From Patescibacteria group bacterium (lineage in GTDB: Bacteria; Patescibacteriota; Saccharimonadia; Saccharimonadales; CAIOMD01), in the NCBI GenBank assembly GCA_035510605.1, contig DATKGW010000012.1, positions 47,895 through 111,894 of the forward strand: a stretch of DNA of 64,000 nt. The letters are read 5' to 3'. Positions 30,215-38,646 of the stretch are shown piece after piece (within the stretch, counting starts at the first letter, position 1; every line of letters begins with the position of its first letter). The translations under genes and the position numbers were made by a program. The notes under the pieces are model-generated. The model had not been told where the DNA came from. It was given only the letters and a program-made list of their open reading frames with translations, and did no database searches.

Positions 30215-31061
30215 GTTCGCTCCTTATACGTCCTTGCAAAGTGCGCAGTTCGTGCAGAGCCTTCATGGCTTGCTCGTGGTTAGGCGCTACGCCGTGCCAG
30301 TGAAAATCGTATTCCATAAAATCTACGCCTTTGCCGGGTATGGTGTGGGCAATAATCATCACCGGTTTTTCTACAATTGCCCGGGCCATGGCGCAAGCGT
30401 CAATAATTGCTTCTATATCGTTGCCGTCAATCTCCAGCACGTGCCAGCCAAAAGCTTCCCATTTTAGTCTCAAATCTTCTAGTGGCACCACCGATTCTGT
30501 GGGGCCGTCTATTTGGATGTTGTTGCGGTCTATAATGCCGACAATATTGTGCAGATCGTATTTACTGGCCAGCATGGCTGCTTCCCAGTTGTTACCTTCG
30601 TCCAGTTCGCCGTCGCCCATTACTACATAAATCCAGCGGTGCAGCTGCTTGTTTAGCCTTAAGCCCAGTGCCATGCCGATTGCCTGGCTTAAACCGCAGC
30701 CCAAGGGGCCACTGGTAGTTTCCAGCCCGGGTAATTTGGTGCGCTCGGGGTGGCCTTGTAAACGGGAGCCTAACTGGCGCAGAGTTTGCAGCTCGGTTTT
30801 GCTAAAATAACCGGCTTCTGCCATGGCAGCATAACGCACCGGCACACAGTGTCCGTTGCTTAAAACCAAAATATCGCGCTCGTCCCAATCTGGGTTCTTT
30901 GGATCGTGCTTTAAAACGCTAAAATATAGAGCCGTAAAAACATCTGCCAAGCCCATCGGACCGGCACTATGGCCGCTACCGGCAGTTTCTAGCATGCTGA
31001 TAATATCCTTGCGGATGGTGCAGGCAATTTGCTCAAGTTCTTCTAAAGTATAGGTTTTCAT
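30207..31061 (-). CDS. transketolase N-terminal subunit (TPP-binding)
   Basis: TPP-binding motif GDGELDEGNNWEA, HSAGPMG. Confidence 0.85.
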   Translation of the reverse strand: MKTYTLEELEQIACTIRKDIISMLETAGSGHSAGPMGLADVFTALYFSVLKHDPKNPDWDERDILVLSNGHCVPVRYAAMAEAGYFSKTELQTLRQLGSRLQGHPERTKLPGLETTSGPLGCGLSQAIGMALGLRLNKQLHRWIYVVMGDGELDEGNNWEAAMLASKYDLHNIVGIIDRNNIQIDGPTESVVPLEDLRLKWEAFGWHVLEIDGNDIEAIIDACAMARAIVEKPVMIIAHTIPGKGVDFMEYDFHWHGVAPNHEQAMKALHELRTLQGRIRSEHE

Positions 31062-31068
31062 TTAAAGG

Positions 31069-31704
31069 CTAGATGTCTGTTAATCTAGCCTTAATTGTAG
31101 CATAAGCTTCTTGGGGATTATCAGAGTTTAATATTGCCCCGCCGACATCCAATACATCAACGCCGGCTTTGGCAAGTTGCGCAGCGTTGTCGGCATTTAT
31201 ACCGCCGTCCCAGCCGATTTCCAGGTATTTGTGGGCTTCTTTTGCTTCTGATATTTTACTGGTTAGGCTGAAATCTGCCGCGCCACCGTAATGGCCTAAA
31301 TCACCGCTAAAAATTAACAGATGTTGTACATGCGGGAATATATAAGCCACGTCTTTTACTAAAGTATCTTGCAAAATGGCTAATCCGGTTTTAATACCGG
31401 CTTCGCGCAAATTGCTAGCGAATTTTGGTATGTCACAAGTGCTCTCTGCATGCACAATCACCATGTTGGGCTTGAGTTTTATCAAGGTGTCCAGAAAATC
31501 CTGCGGATTACGATACATTATATGGAGGTCGCAGATTGTGCCATCTGGCAGCCATACTTTATCTAGAGTATTACTCTCACCTTTGGCAAAATCATTGTCT
31601 TTAAGATCAATCTGAATACGTTCGGCAAAAGGTTTTACCGTTTCTATCTGTTTTTTATATTCTTCTTCGTCTTTGGCAAGAATCGCCGGGCAGATTATGC
31701 TCAT
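31069..31704 (-). CDS. rpe: ribulose-phosphate 3-epimerase
   Basis: About 210 aa TIM-barrel with Rpe-like N-terminus (IICPAILA), metal-binding His/Asp pattern (DLH, VHAES), and pentose-phosphate operon context. Confidence 0.6.
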   Translation of the reverse strand: MSIICPAILAKDEEEYKKQIETVKPFAERIQIDLKDNDFAKGESNTLDKVWLPDGTICDLHIMYRNPQDFLDTLIKLKPNMVIVHAESTCDIPKFASNLREAGIKTGLAILQDTLVKDVAYIFPHVQHLLIFSGDLGHYGGAADFSLTSKISEAKEAHKYLEIGWDGGINADNAAQLAKAGVDVLDVGGAILNSDNPQEAYATIKARLTDI

Positions 31705-31751
31705 AAATTTAGCATAGCATTAATTGGCCTTCAAATAATAAAAGTCAAAAC

Positions 31752-32159
31752 TTACAAGTCTTGTTCTTCTAACTGTTGGATCATAAATTTTAGCCTGTTG
31801 CCATCGTTATGGAGGGGATCATTTTTTTGAATCAGCATTGCATCTAAGGGGTGGTACTCTTTGTATACTGCGGCGTGTTCGATCAAATCGTATGCATCAT
31901 TTCTGATTGCCTCAAGTTCAGATACTACTTCTTGAGGGATAGGCAGACCTTGTTCGATATAAAAATCGGCATAATCTTTCAAATCAATCATGAATCTGCC
32001 CTTTTCCATCAACAATTGTCTATAAGTGATTTGGTTGCAATTTCGCAAACCTTCTTGAGCCTTAAAAGTCAAAAATTTAATTTGTTCATAGCAATCCGTT
32101 AAAAATTCGGATGGTTTACTATAGGCTATATGCCCATCATTATTTTCACCTTTTTCCAT
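31752..32159 (-). CDS. hypothetical protein
   Basis: Intact 135-aa ORF upstream of rpe; no recognisable motif. Confidence 0.35.
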   Translation of the reverse strand: MEKGENNDGHIAYSKPSEFLTDCYEQIKFLTFKAQEGLRNCNQITYRQLLMEKGRFMIDLKDYADFYIEQGLPIPQEVVSELEAIRNDAYDLIEHAAVYKEYHPLDAMLIQKNDPLHNDGNRLKFMIQQLEEQDL

Positions 32160-32239
32160 TGCCAGTATTATATCTATTAAAGATGAGAATTCTTTGTGAA
32201 GATACTTACATCTTTTATTACTTTTTAAAACTTGAGATA

Positions 32240-32866
32240 TTAGATAATATCTACTGCCGTTTTGCAGGTTTCTTGCAAACTGCTAAGTATTGGGATTTTG
32301 GGGCAATCTTGTCCTAATCGATGCCTTATATATCTTTCGTTTGGGAAACCTTCTTCTATACCTACGACAACATTAGCCCCAGTTGTTTCATGCTTGACTT
32401 TCCATTCCCCGAGTTCGAACCTTGATGTCTGAGCGAATGGTCTTCCGGGTGTCTCTTTTACCTGTAATGCTAACCAAAAAATTATTGCGCCTACCCTTGC
32501 CGCACGATTTAAGAAATGAGTCTCCCAATCAACTTGTCTCTCATAAACGAATTCACCTTTGGAATAATCTTTTCTAGGTGACGCTACAACTATGCCTGCA
32601 TCTAGGCTATGGATAATTCTTTCTGCTTCGTATTGCCACTTGGGCGCCCCCTGTATTGGACCTGCAAGAAAAACGACTCTATCGTCGTCGTTAAGTTCAA
32701 CTATTTCTGGAGGCTGTATAAATAACTCTCTCATTATTTTTGATTTTACGCTGAAATTATTGTGAATTAAAGTAGCAGGCATCTGTTCCCGCTCATGCTT
32801 GCAACGTAACGATTTATGCTCATAATAATGCGTTATGACCGAAGAATTCCCAGGTGAAAGCTCCAT
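32240..32866 (-). CDS. nucleoside 2-deoxyribosyltransferase-like (NDT/DNPH1-like Rossmann) protein
   Basis: VVFLAGPIQGAPKW resembles the NDT-family (Y/F)LAGP glycine loop. Flavodoxin-like alternating pattern over ~150 aa. True start uncertain (M1, M28 or M45). Confidence 0.4.
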   Translation of the reverse strand: MELSPGNSSVITHYYEHKSLRCKHEREQMPATLIHNNFSVKSKIMRELFIQPPEIVELNDDDRVVFLAGPIQGAPKWQYEAERIIHSLDAGIVVASPRKDYSKGEFVYERQVDWETHFLNRAARVGAIIFWLALQVKETPGRPFAQTSRFELGEWKVKHETTGANVVVGIEEGFPNERYIRHRLGQDCPKIPILSSLQETCKTAVDII

Positions 32867-33383
32867 TAATCGTAAGATCCGCTTATTAGAAGAAGAAATG
32901 GCGCGACAAGGCGATGGGTGGCGTACTATCGCAATTAGAAAACTATATCAGGTCGAGGGTGAAGTCGGCGGACCTATCATACCGGGTGAATTTGAATCTG
33001 TAAGAATCTATGTTTGTGCCCTTCTTGATTTTTTACATAAAACGACAGATAAAGAAGCTGACGATGATGAGATCAAAGGCCCGCAAAGAGTTTTTAGCGC
33101 CGCTGAAGACCGTAACCTCAGTGGTTTTAATGGAGAGTTGGCAATGGTGCTTGCTCAACGAGATAAATTGGAAAAAGCAGAACATTTACTCGCCGCAGAT
33201 AGCCCAATAAGCCCATTGGACCAAGTTTCTGTCATGTTTGCTATTGCAGAAGGATATATGCGGAGAAACGACAGAGTTACTGCCAATAAATATTTGAACC
33301 AAATTTGTTCTATTACAGGGATGAACCCTTATATTCAGGAGAGAATCTCGCAAGTGCTTGACACACTGCCTGATACTCAGTGA
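32835..33383 (+). CDS. hypothetical protein, divergent partner of the NDT-like gene
   Basis: Intact 182-aa ORF. Its 5' end overlaps the 5' end of the minus-strand NDT-like ORF. An alternative start at MARQGD (32898) removes the overlap with the M1 start of the minus-strand gene. Confidence 0.35.
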   Translation: MTEEFPGESSINRKIRLLEEEMARQGDGWRTIAIRKLYQVEGEVGGPIIPGEFESVRIYVCALLDFLHKTTDKEADDDEIKGPQRVFSAAEDRNLSGFNGELAMVLAQRDKLEKAEHLLAADSPISPLDQVSVMFAIAEGYMRRNDRVTANKYLNQICSITGMNPYIQERISQVLDTLPDTQ

Positions 33384-33531
33384 TTATATGCTGCTCATAT
33401 CTGCCAGAGTTTTGTAGTAATTATTATCCTTGACGCTTACGCCTAACCAATCATAATTAAAAGCAGCAATGTGCGGGCTGGCAACCGCCTTCCTCCGTAC
33501 ATGCTTTTACACAACCTGTGATAGGGGCAAC

Positions 33532-34203
33532 CTACTTTGCCACCGCATCAACCAGATGTTTATCGTTGTTGCGGGGCGAGTTAACATCCTCGCTCACTCT
33601 ATAGATATCCAATTTACCTACTTTGTACGGAACAAGCAGTTTAGATAACTCTTGTTCGCTGTATGCAGGCGCCAGCCAAAGCTCTTCTTGCTCTGGCTCT
33701 AAGATAACAGGCATTCGATTATGAATCGGCTGCATTTCCTTGTTAGGTGTAGTCGTAATTATAGAAAAAGTTAACAAGGGATAATCCTCGGCATCCTTCC
33801 AGATGCTGTATATCCCGGCAAAGGCAAATAGCTTTTGGTCTTTGGGATGGATGAAATACGGCACCTTACGATTTTCGGGCAGTTGCTGCCACTCGAAAAA
33901 GCCGCGGCTGGGTATAAGGCAGCGGTGATTTTGGATAGCGTTTCGCCACATCGAACTCAAAAACAGGCTTTCTGATTTGGTGTTGATTGGCCTCAAACCC
34001 TTGTTTGGGTTTTTAGACCAAGCCGGCACAAAACCCCATTTCATGGGTTCGGCCACTCTTTTGCCTTTTTGCCCGATAATAACCGGCAGTCTTTGGCCCG
34101 GAGCAACGTTGTAATTATCCTCGGCCATAAACTGCGGATGAGTTGCCAGGTTAAACCTAGGGATTATATCTATAACGTCAAACAGCGTGTATCGTCCACA
34201 CAT
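33532..34203 (-). CDS. SOS-response-associated peptidase (SRAP/YedK/HMCES, DUF159)
   Basis: Starts MCGRY with the catalytic Cys2 directly after the initiator Met. Conserved SRAP core, ~220 aa. Confidence 0.85.
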   Translation of the reverse strand: MCGRYTLFDVIDIIPRFNLATHPQFMAEDNYNVAPGQRLPVIIGQKGKRVAEPMKWGFVPAWSKNPNKGLRPINTKSESLFLSSMWRNAIQNHRCLIPSRGFFEWQQLPENRKVPYFIHPKDQKLFAFAGIYSIWKDAEDYPLLTFSIITTTPNKEMQPIHNRMPVILEPEQEELWLAPAYSEQELSKLLVPYKVGKLDIYRVSEDVNSPRNNDKHLVDAVAK

Positions 34204-34222
34204 ACTTTATATAGGAGCATTT

Positions 34223-34489
34223 ATGAGAGAGAAAATCAATGAAAAAGTTAGTGTAGTTACTGTTTTTAGCGCCAAGCGTCGGGCTGCAGCGCCCTATGTG
34301 GTATCTTGGCAAAATAAGGAGTACAAGGTCGGCGAAATCGGCTACCATCACACCATTAAAGATGGTGAGGTGTTGCACCACATTTACGAGCTGGCCGATA
34401 AAGAAAGTACGCTTTGGATGCGGCTTAATTTTGATACCAGCACCATGCAATGGACCTTGGAGGCAGTTAGCGATGGACTTGCCAGTTAA
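34223..34489 (+). CDS. small (88 aa) unknown protein translationally coupled to the Y-family polymerase
   Basis: AGGAG RBS 6 nt before the ATG at 34223. The stop at 34489 overlaps the polymerase start at 34473, which is itself preceded by GGAGG. Confidence 0.5.
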   Translation: MREKINEKVSVVTVFSAKRRAAAPYVVSWQNKEYKVGEIGYHHTIKDGEVLHHIYELADKESTLWMRLNFDTSTMQWTLEAVSDGLAS

Positions 34490-35711
34490 CTACAACCGGC
34501 CGCTTATGATGCATATCGACCTAAACAGTTGCTTTGCTATTATCGAGCAGCAAGCCAACCCCTTAATTCGGCACAAACCGGTGGCCATTGCCGCTTACGA
34601 CACACCGCGCGGTGCCGTAATTGCTTCTAGCTACGAAGCCAAAGCCAAAGGTATAAAACTGGGCTTAAATGTGCGTGACGCCCGGCTGATAGATAAAAAT
34701 GTGATTGTTTTAATGCCCGACCCACCGAAGTACCGCGATGCCCATAAACGTTTTAAAAAAGTGCTGCTAAATTACACAAATGAGATCAGGCCTAAATCTA
34801 TAGATGAGTTCGAGATAGATTTTAGCGGCTCGCACGCCGTACAGCGCGATATAAGTTTAACGGATATCGGCTACCAGATAAAACAAGATATAAAGCGCGA
34901 AATCGGCAGCTACGTAACGGTTAATATCGGCATTGGCCCAAACCGTTTTTTGGCAAAAACGGCCGCCGGTTTACATAAGCCAGATGGGCTTGATGTAATA
35001 AACGGCGACAATCTGCTGGAGATTTATAAAAGGCTGGAGCTGATTGACCTGTGCGGTATCAATACCCGCTATCAGGCCAGGCTTAATGTAGCCGGTATTC
35101 ATACCCCTTTGGATTTTTTAGGCGCCAAAGCCGAATACCTGCAAAAACAGGTTTTTAAGAGCCGTGTGGGGCTGGATTGGTATTTGCGCCTGCGCGGTTA
35201 TGAGGTAGACAGCCGTATATTCGCCCGCAAAAGTTACGGCCATCAGTATGCCTTGGGCGATAAAACCACCGACCGCCAGAAGCTATCGCGGTTGTTGATG
35301 AAACTCTGCGAAAAAACCGGCCGCCGCCTGCGGGCCAACGGCTACAGCGCCGTCGGGATACATTTATGGCTCAATTTTGCCAACCGCCAGTATTGGGCCA
35401 AAGGTAAAAACACTAAAAGCGAAATGTACGCCACCGGTGATATTTATCTACAAGCCCAAAAGTTGTTGAACCAGGCGATTATCCCTACAAAAGTAACCAA
35501 TATTGGTGTAACTGTTTTTGGTTTGCAGACTTGCAGCCCGGAGCAGCAAGAGTTGTTCAGCGGCAGCCGGCTGGATAAAAAGGCACTGGCCCGCGCAGCC
35601 GACATTGTTAACGACAAATACGGTGAATTTACCCTTGTACCAGCCACTATGGCCGGCATGCAAGATATAATTTTAGACCGAATCGCTTTTGGCAGCATCA
35701 AAAATAATTGA
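34473..35711 (+). CDS. dinB: Y-family translesion DNA polymerase (DinB/Pol IV-like)
   Basis: MMHIDLNSCFAIIEQ (catalytic Asp in the palm), SIDE motif (KSIDEFEIDF), little-finger domain, ~412 aa. Start set at the ATG with SD (34473), not the extended track ORF. Confidence 0.85.
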   Translation: MDLPVNYNRPLMMHIDLNSCFAIIEQQANPLIRHKPVAIAAYDTPRGAVIASSYEAKAKGIKLGLNVRDARLIDKNVIVLMPDPPKYRDAHKRFKKVLLNYTNEIRPKSIDEFEIDFSGSHAVQRDISLTDIGYQIKQDIKREIGSYVTVNIGIGPNRFLAKTAAGLHKPDGLDVINGDNLLEIYKRLELIDLCGINTRYQARLNVAGIHTPLDFLGAKAEYLQKQVFKSRVGLDWYLRLRGYEVDSRIFARKSYGHQYALGDKTTDRQKLSRLLMKLCEKTGRRLRANGYSAVGIHLWLNFANRQYWAKGKNTKSEMYATGDIYLQAQKLLNQAIIPTKVTNIGVTVFGLQTCSPEQQELFSGSRLDKKALARAADIVNDKYGEFTLVPATMAGMQDIILDRIAFGSIKNN

Positions 35712-35740
35712 TTCTGTGCCTAAAAATTACTTGGCGCTAT

Positions 35741-36082
35741 TTAGTCGGTCGTCGCCTCATCGATAATTTCTAAAGTAGATTTGTCGACCGTATACAAATA
35801 TTTATTTAAAATCTGGCTATTTTTATGATAGTTATAGTCAAACACCACCGTAACTTGGCTATCTGAGGTATTCCCGTTCAAATAATATTCTGAGCAATAA
35901 ACAAAATTACTAATTTTTTTGGCTTTTCTGACAAATGAGCAATATTTTGTATCTTTAACAGAATAATTTACGGTTTTATGCTCATTTTTAATAAAATATA
36001 CAAATAGTGATATTGTTACAATTACAGCCACCAAAACTACAGCAATAATAGCTAGTAACTTTTTATTTTTAAAGATTTTCAT
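35741..36082 (-). CDS. small membrane-anchored protein, unknown
   Basis: N-terminal TM helix, Cys/Tyr-containing extracytoplasmic part. Confidence 0.35.
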   Translation of the reverse strand: MKIFKNKKLLAIIAVVLVAVIVTISLFVYFIKNEHKTVNYSVKDTKYCSFVRKAKKISNFVYCSEYYLNGNTSDSQVTVVFDYNYHKNSQILNKYLYTVDKSTLEIIDEATTD

Positions 36083-36185
36083 TATTTATATTTTACACTT
36101 AAAAATTACCTAATTAAAGGCACACAAAGTGCACTTGTGGCATTTGTAAAATTTCAGTTTATACTGAGTTTATAATTGGAGTTTT

Positions 36186-37004
36186 ATGATGGTAGAAGAA
36201 GTCGAGAACACAGAGCTTAAACAACCGCGATCAGAGGCTAAAACCGAACCACAAAAAACCAAAAAACACCGAAAATGGCCATGGATTGTCGGCATCATCG
36301 TCATAATTCTTTTAATCCCTATTCTGGTGCTTGGTTATTTCGGTTTTGTACCAGGAGTTTCCGCCATTATGGGTGCTAATAAAGCAAAAGATTTAGGCAT
36401 ACACTGGACGGCCGCCGATTATGCCAGTTACCAACAAAAAACTGGCGCCCAGTTTTTAAATTTTGCCAACGCACCAGATAACCCAAACCGCCCGGGTAAA
36501 AAATTGGTTTTTGCCGATCCCAAACAGATGGACGTTAATTTAACAGAGCAAGAAATAACCGCCACAATAAATTCGGTTGGCTGGTTGTGGATGCCAATTA
36601 AAAACGCCCAGGTGCGCTTTGGTGATGGCACGGTAGAAATATCCGGCAATGTTAACGCCCAGTATATCCCTAATTTTGTTAATTTTATCGGCTCTGTCGG
36701 TTATCCAGAATCAGAGGTGAATCAAGCCACCAGATGGGCAAAACTTTTAGGTAGCCCGGCAATTTACATCAAAGCCAGCGCATCCGTTACAAATGATGTT
36801 TTAACGCTAAACGTTACCCAGGCAAAAGTTGGGCGGTTTAGTTTACCAATGGATATAACCAGTAATGTTTTAACTAACGGAACCGGTAGTATAAAAACCC
36901 AAGCTACCAGCGAAGGTTACGAGGCCAAAAATGTAACTTTTGCCAACGGCCAGATGCACTTTGTCGGCACCACCCCCACTACTGTGTACGTAAAGAAGAA
37001 TTAA
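36186..37004 (+). CDS. membrane-anchored extracytoplasmic protein, unknown
   Basis: Charged N-terminus, one TM helix, beta-rich C-terminal domain. Convergently overlaps the radical-SAM gene stop by 4 nt. Confidence 0.4.
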   Translation: MMVEEVENTELKQPRSEAKTEPQKTKKHRKWPWIVGIIVIILLIPILVLGYFGFVPGVSAIMGANKAKDLGIHWTAADYASYQQKTGAQFLNFANAPDNPNRPGKKLVFADPKQMDVNLTEQEITATINSVGWLWMPIKNAQVRFGDGTVEISGNVNAQYIPNFVNFIGSVGYPESEVNQATRWAKLLGSPAIYIKASASVTNDVLTLNVTQAKVGRFSLPMDITSNVLTNGTGSIKTQATSEGYEAKNVTFANGQMHFVGTTPTTVYVKKN

Positions 37005-38134
37005 TCTTGTTCTACAAATCCGAAATAATCTTCAAACTTAATTTCATCACCTTTTCCACCATTTCTCTTTAGCCATAAATTAGCTAGGCGGATTACTTCG
37101 TGAGCTTGTTCTTCTGTCTCGATTTCGTCTAGTTCTTCGTTTATAGACCCGATACCCTCCCAAAGCCTGGCCCAAACCGGCATATCAGCAGTTGCATCCA
37201 ACCAATCTCTTGTATAATCACCACCTTTTTCAATATCAAAATCTATACGGAGATCCTCTGATTTTGACATAACAACCGGCAAACTATCTTTGAGAATATT
37301 ACCCAAGTTCCTCCTTTGCGATACAGAACACCAATTATAGTAGTTGACATCACCGTTAGGACGCAAAAACATATAGGGATGGGCTAACTCGTCTTTGCGG
37401 GCGACAAAGCAAACTCTATCATCGCCTATTCGCTGCATAGTTTCTTCCATTCGTAAGAAATCAGCTAGCAAACAATCTGTACCTCCTGCGGCGGTTGTGC
37501 CTGGATTGCTTAGCGTGTCTGCAGATATATAGCTTTTTTTAACTTTTTCTTGATCATCGCCGGCATATTGCAGCCAACCCTGCCGTGCTAGGTCGTCATT
37601 ATATTCGTATATGCGCCAAAACTTAAAATTATGCTGGCACAAAAAGTCATAAAGTGCTGGTATATCACCAGAATTTAAGTTTGTAAAAACAGTATGCCAG
37701 CCCAGGTTTATGCCCCTGTTATTAATGCTATCGGCTAAATTTTCTATGTTATCAAATACCGGTAAGAACTGCTGACTACGTAGTTGCGACTGCCTTGTCC
37801 TATCCGTTGTATCTATTGGTAAAGCAATTTCGTCTACCAAGCCCGTTAGCTCATCTAACCGCTCTTCCGTTAAATACAGGCCGTTGGTGTGCAGGCTTGT
37901 ATATATTCCACCGTCTTTAAGCGTTTTTAAGACATCTTTAATATTACTAGCCAATAAAGGCTCACCTCCACCTAGTACAACTGATTTTATGCCATTCGCG
38001 ACGAGTTCCTTGGCAAGCTTTGTGTCTTGTTCTAAATTAATAGCTTGCTGTACCGCCAATGGGCCAAAACAATAAGAGCAACGTGGTAAATTGCACCCTT
38101 CCCGAAGGAACCAGTGCGTTTGTTCTCCAGCCAT
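37001..38134 (-). CDS. radical SAM enzyme with non-canonical Cx4Cx2C cluster motif, twitch/SPASM-like region and unknown C-terminal domain
   Basis: C14-x4-C19-x2-C22 (CNLPRCSYC), SAM-binding GGGEPLL about 35 aa later, then the SLHTNG ribose motif. A later VCFVARKD...PNGDVNYYNWC...LGNI segment resembles the twitch/SPASM auxiliary-cluster signature. An in-frame stop 15 nt upstream fixes the N-terminus. Confidence 0.7.
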   Translation of the reverse strand: MAGEQTHWFLREGCNLPRCSYCFGPLAVQQAINLEQDTKLAKELVANGIKSVVLGGGEPLLASNIKDVLKTLKDGGIYTSLHTNGLYLTEERLDELTGLVDEIALPIDTTDRTRQSQLRSQQFLPVFDNIENLADSINNRGINLGWHTVFTNLNSGDIPALYDFLCQHNFKFWRIYEYNDDLARQGWLQYAGDDQEKVKKSYISADTLSNPGTTAAGGTDCLLADFLRMEETMQRIGDDRVCFVARKDELAHPYMFLRPNGDVNYYNWCSVSQRRNLGNILKDSLPVVMSKSEDLRIDFDIEKGGDYTRDWLDATADMPVWARLWEGIGSINEELDEIETEEQAHEVIRLANLWLKRNGGKGDEIKFEDYFGFVEQD

Positions 38135-38189
38135 ATTAATTATATTGTACTATATTTGACGCTATAGCTATTTAATGCTTATGGTTCCA

Positions 38190-38642
38190 TCACAGATTAT
38201 CCAGCTCTTGGTTGCGGCGGATAAACCGCGCGGCATTGGCAAAAGGTGTATTAAGCCAAGCCTCTATTATCACAAAAACTTTTTGGTCGCTTGGTGTTTT
38301 AAACAGTTCGGCGGGCAAGGCAAGCACATTGCTATCTTCGTCATTGCGGGTACATTTGGCTGCTTCAACGTTATAACCCAACCCTGCCCTAATGCCCTTA
38401 AACCGATTGGCAGCCATGGCCATCCCTTGTCCACTGCCACAAATAAGTATGGCCCGCGAATCGGCGTCTTGGCTGCTTAATACTTTATTAGCCGCTTTGG
38501 TGGCAAACACCGGAAAATCATCTTCCGGATTAAACTGCTCGTCGCCAATATCTTCGGCCTCATAGCCGGCCTTTTTTAGATAATTAAGCACTTCTTGTTT
38601 GGCCACATAGCCTCTGTGATCGGCACCAACGTAAATTTTCAT
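38190..38642 (-). CDS. rpiB: ribose-5-phosphate isomerase B
   Basis: MKIYVGADHRGY... RpiB/LacAB family. Start trimmed to MKIY; the track N-terminal extension would overlap gap. Confidence 0.85.
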   Translation of the reverse strand: MKIYVGADHRGYVAKQEVLNYLKKAGYEAEDIGDEQFNPEDDFPVFATKAANKVLSSQDADSRAILICGSGQGMAMAANRFKGIRAGLGYNVEAAKCTRNDEDSNVLALPAELFKTPSDQKVFVIIEAWLNTPFANAARFIRRNQELDNL

Positions 38643-38646
38643 AGTT

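Noticed and set aside
34296-34472. N-terminal extension of the track ORF for the Y-family polymerase
   Set aside because: The extension overlaps the 88-aa gene in another frame and lacks polymerase homology. An ATG with GGAGG at 34473 fits the conserved N-terminus.
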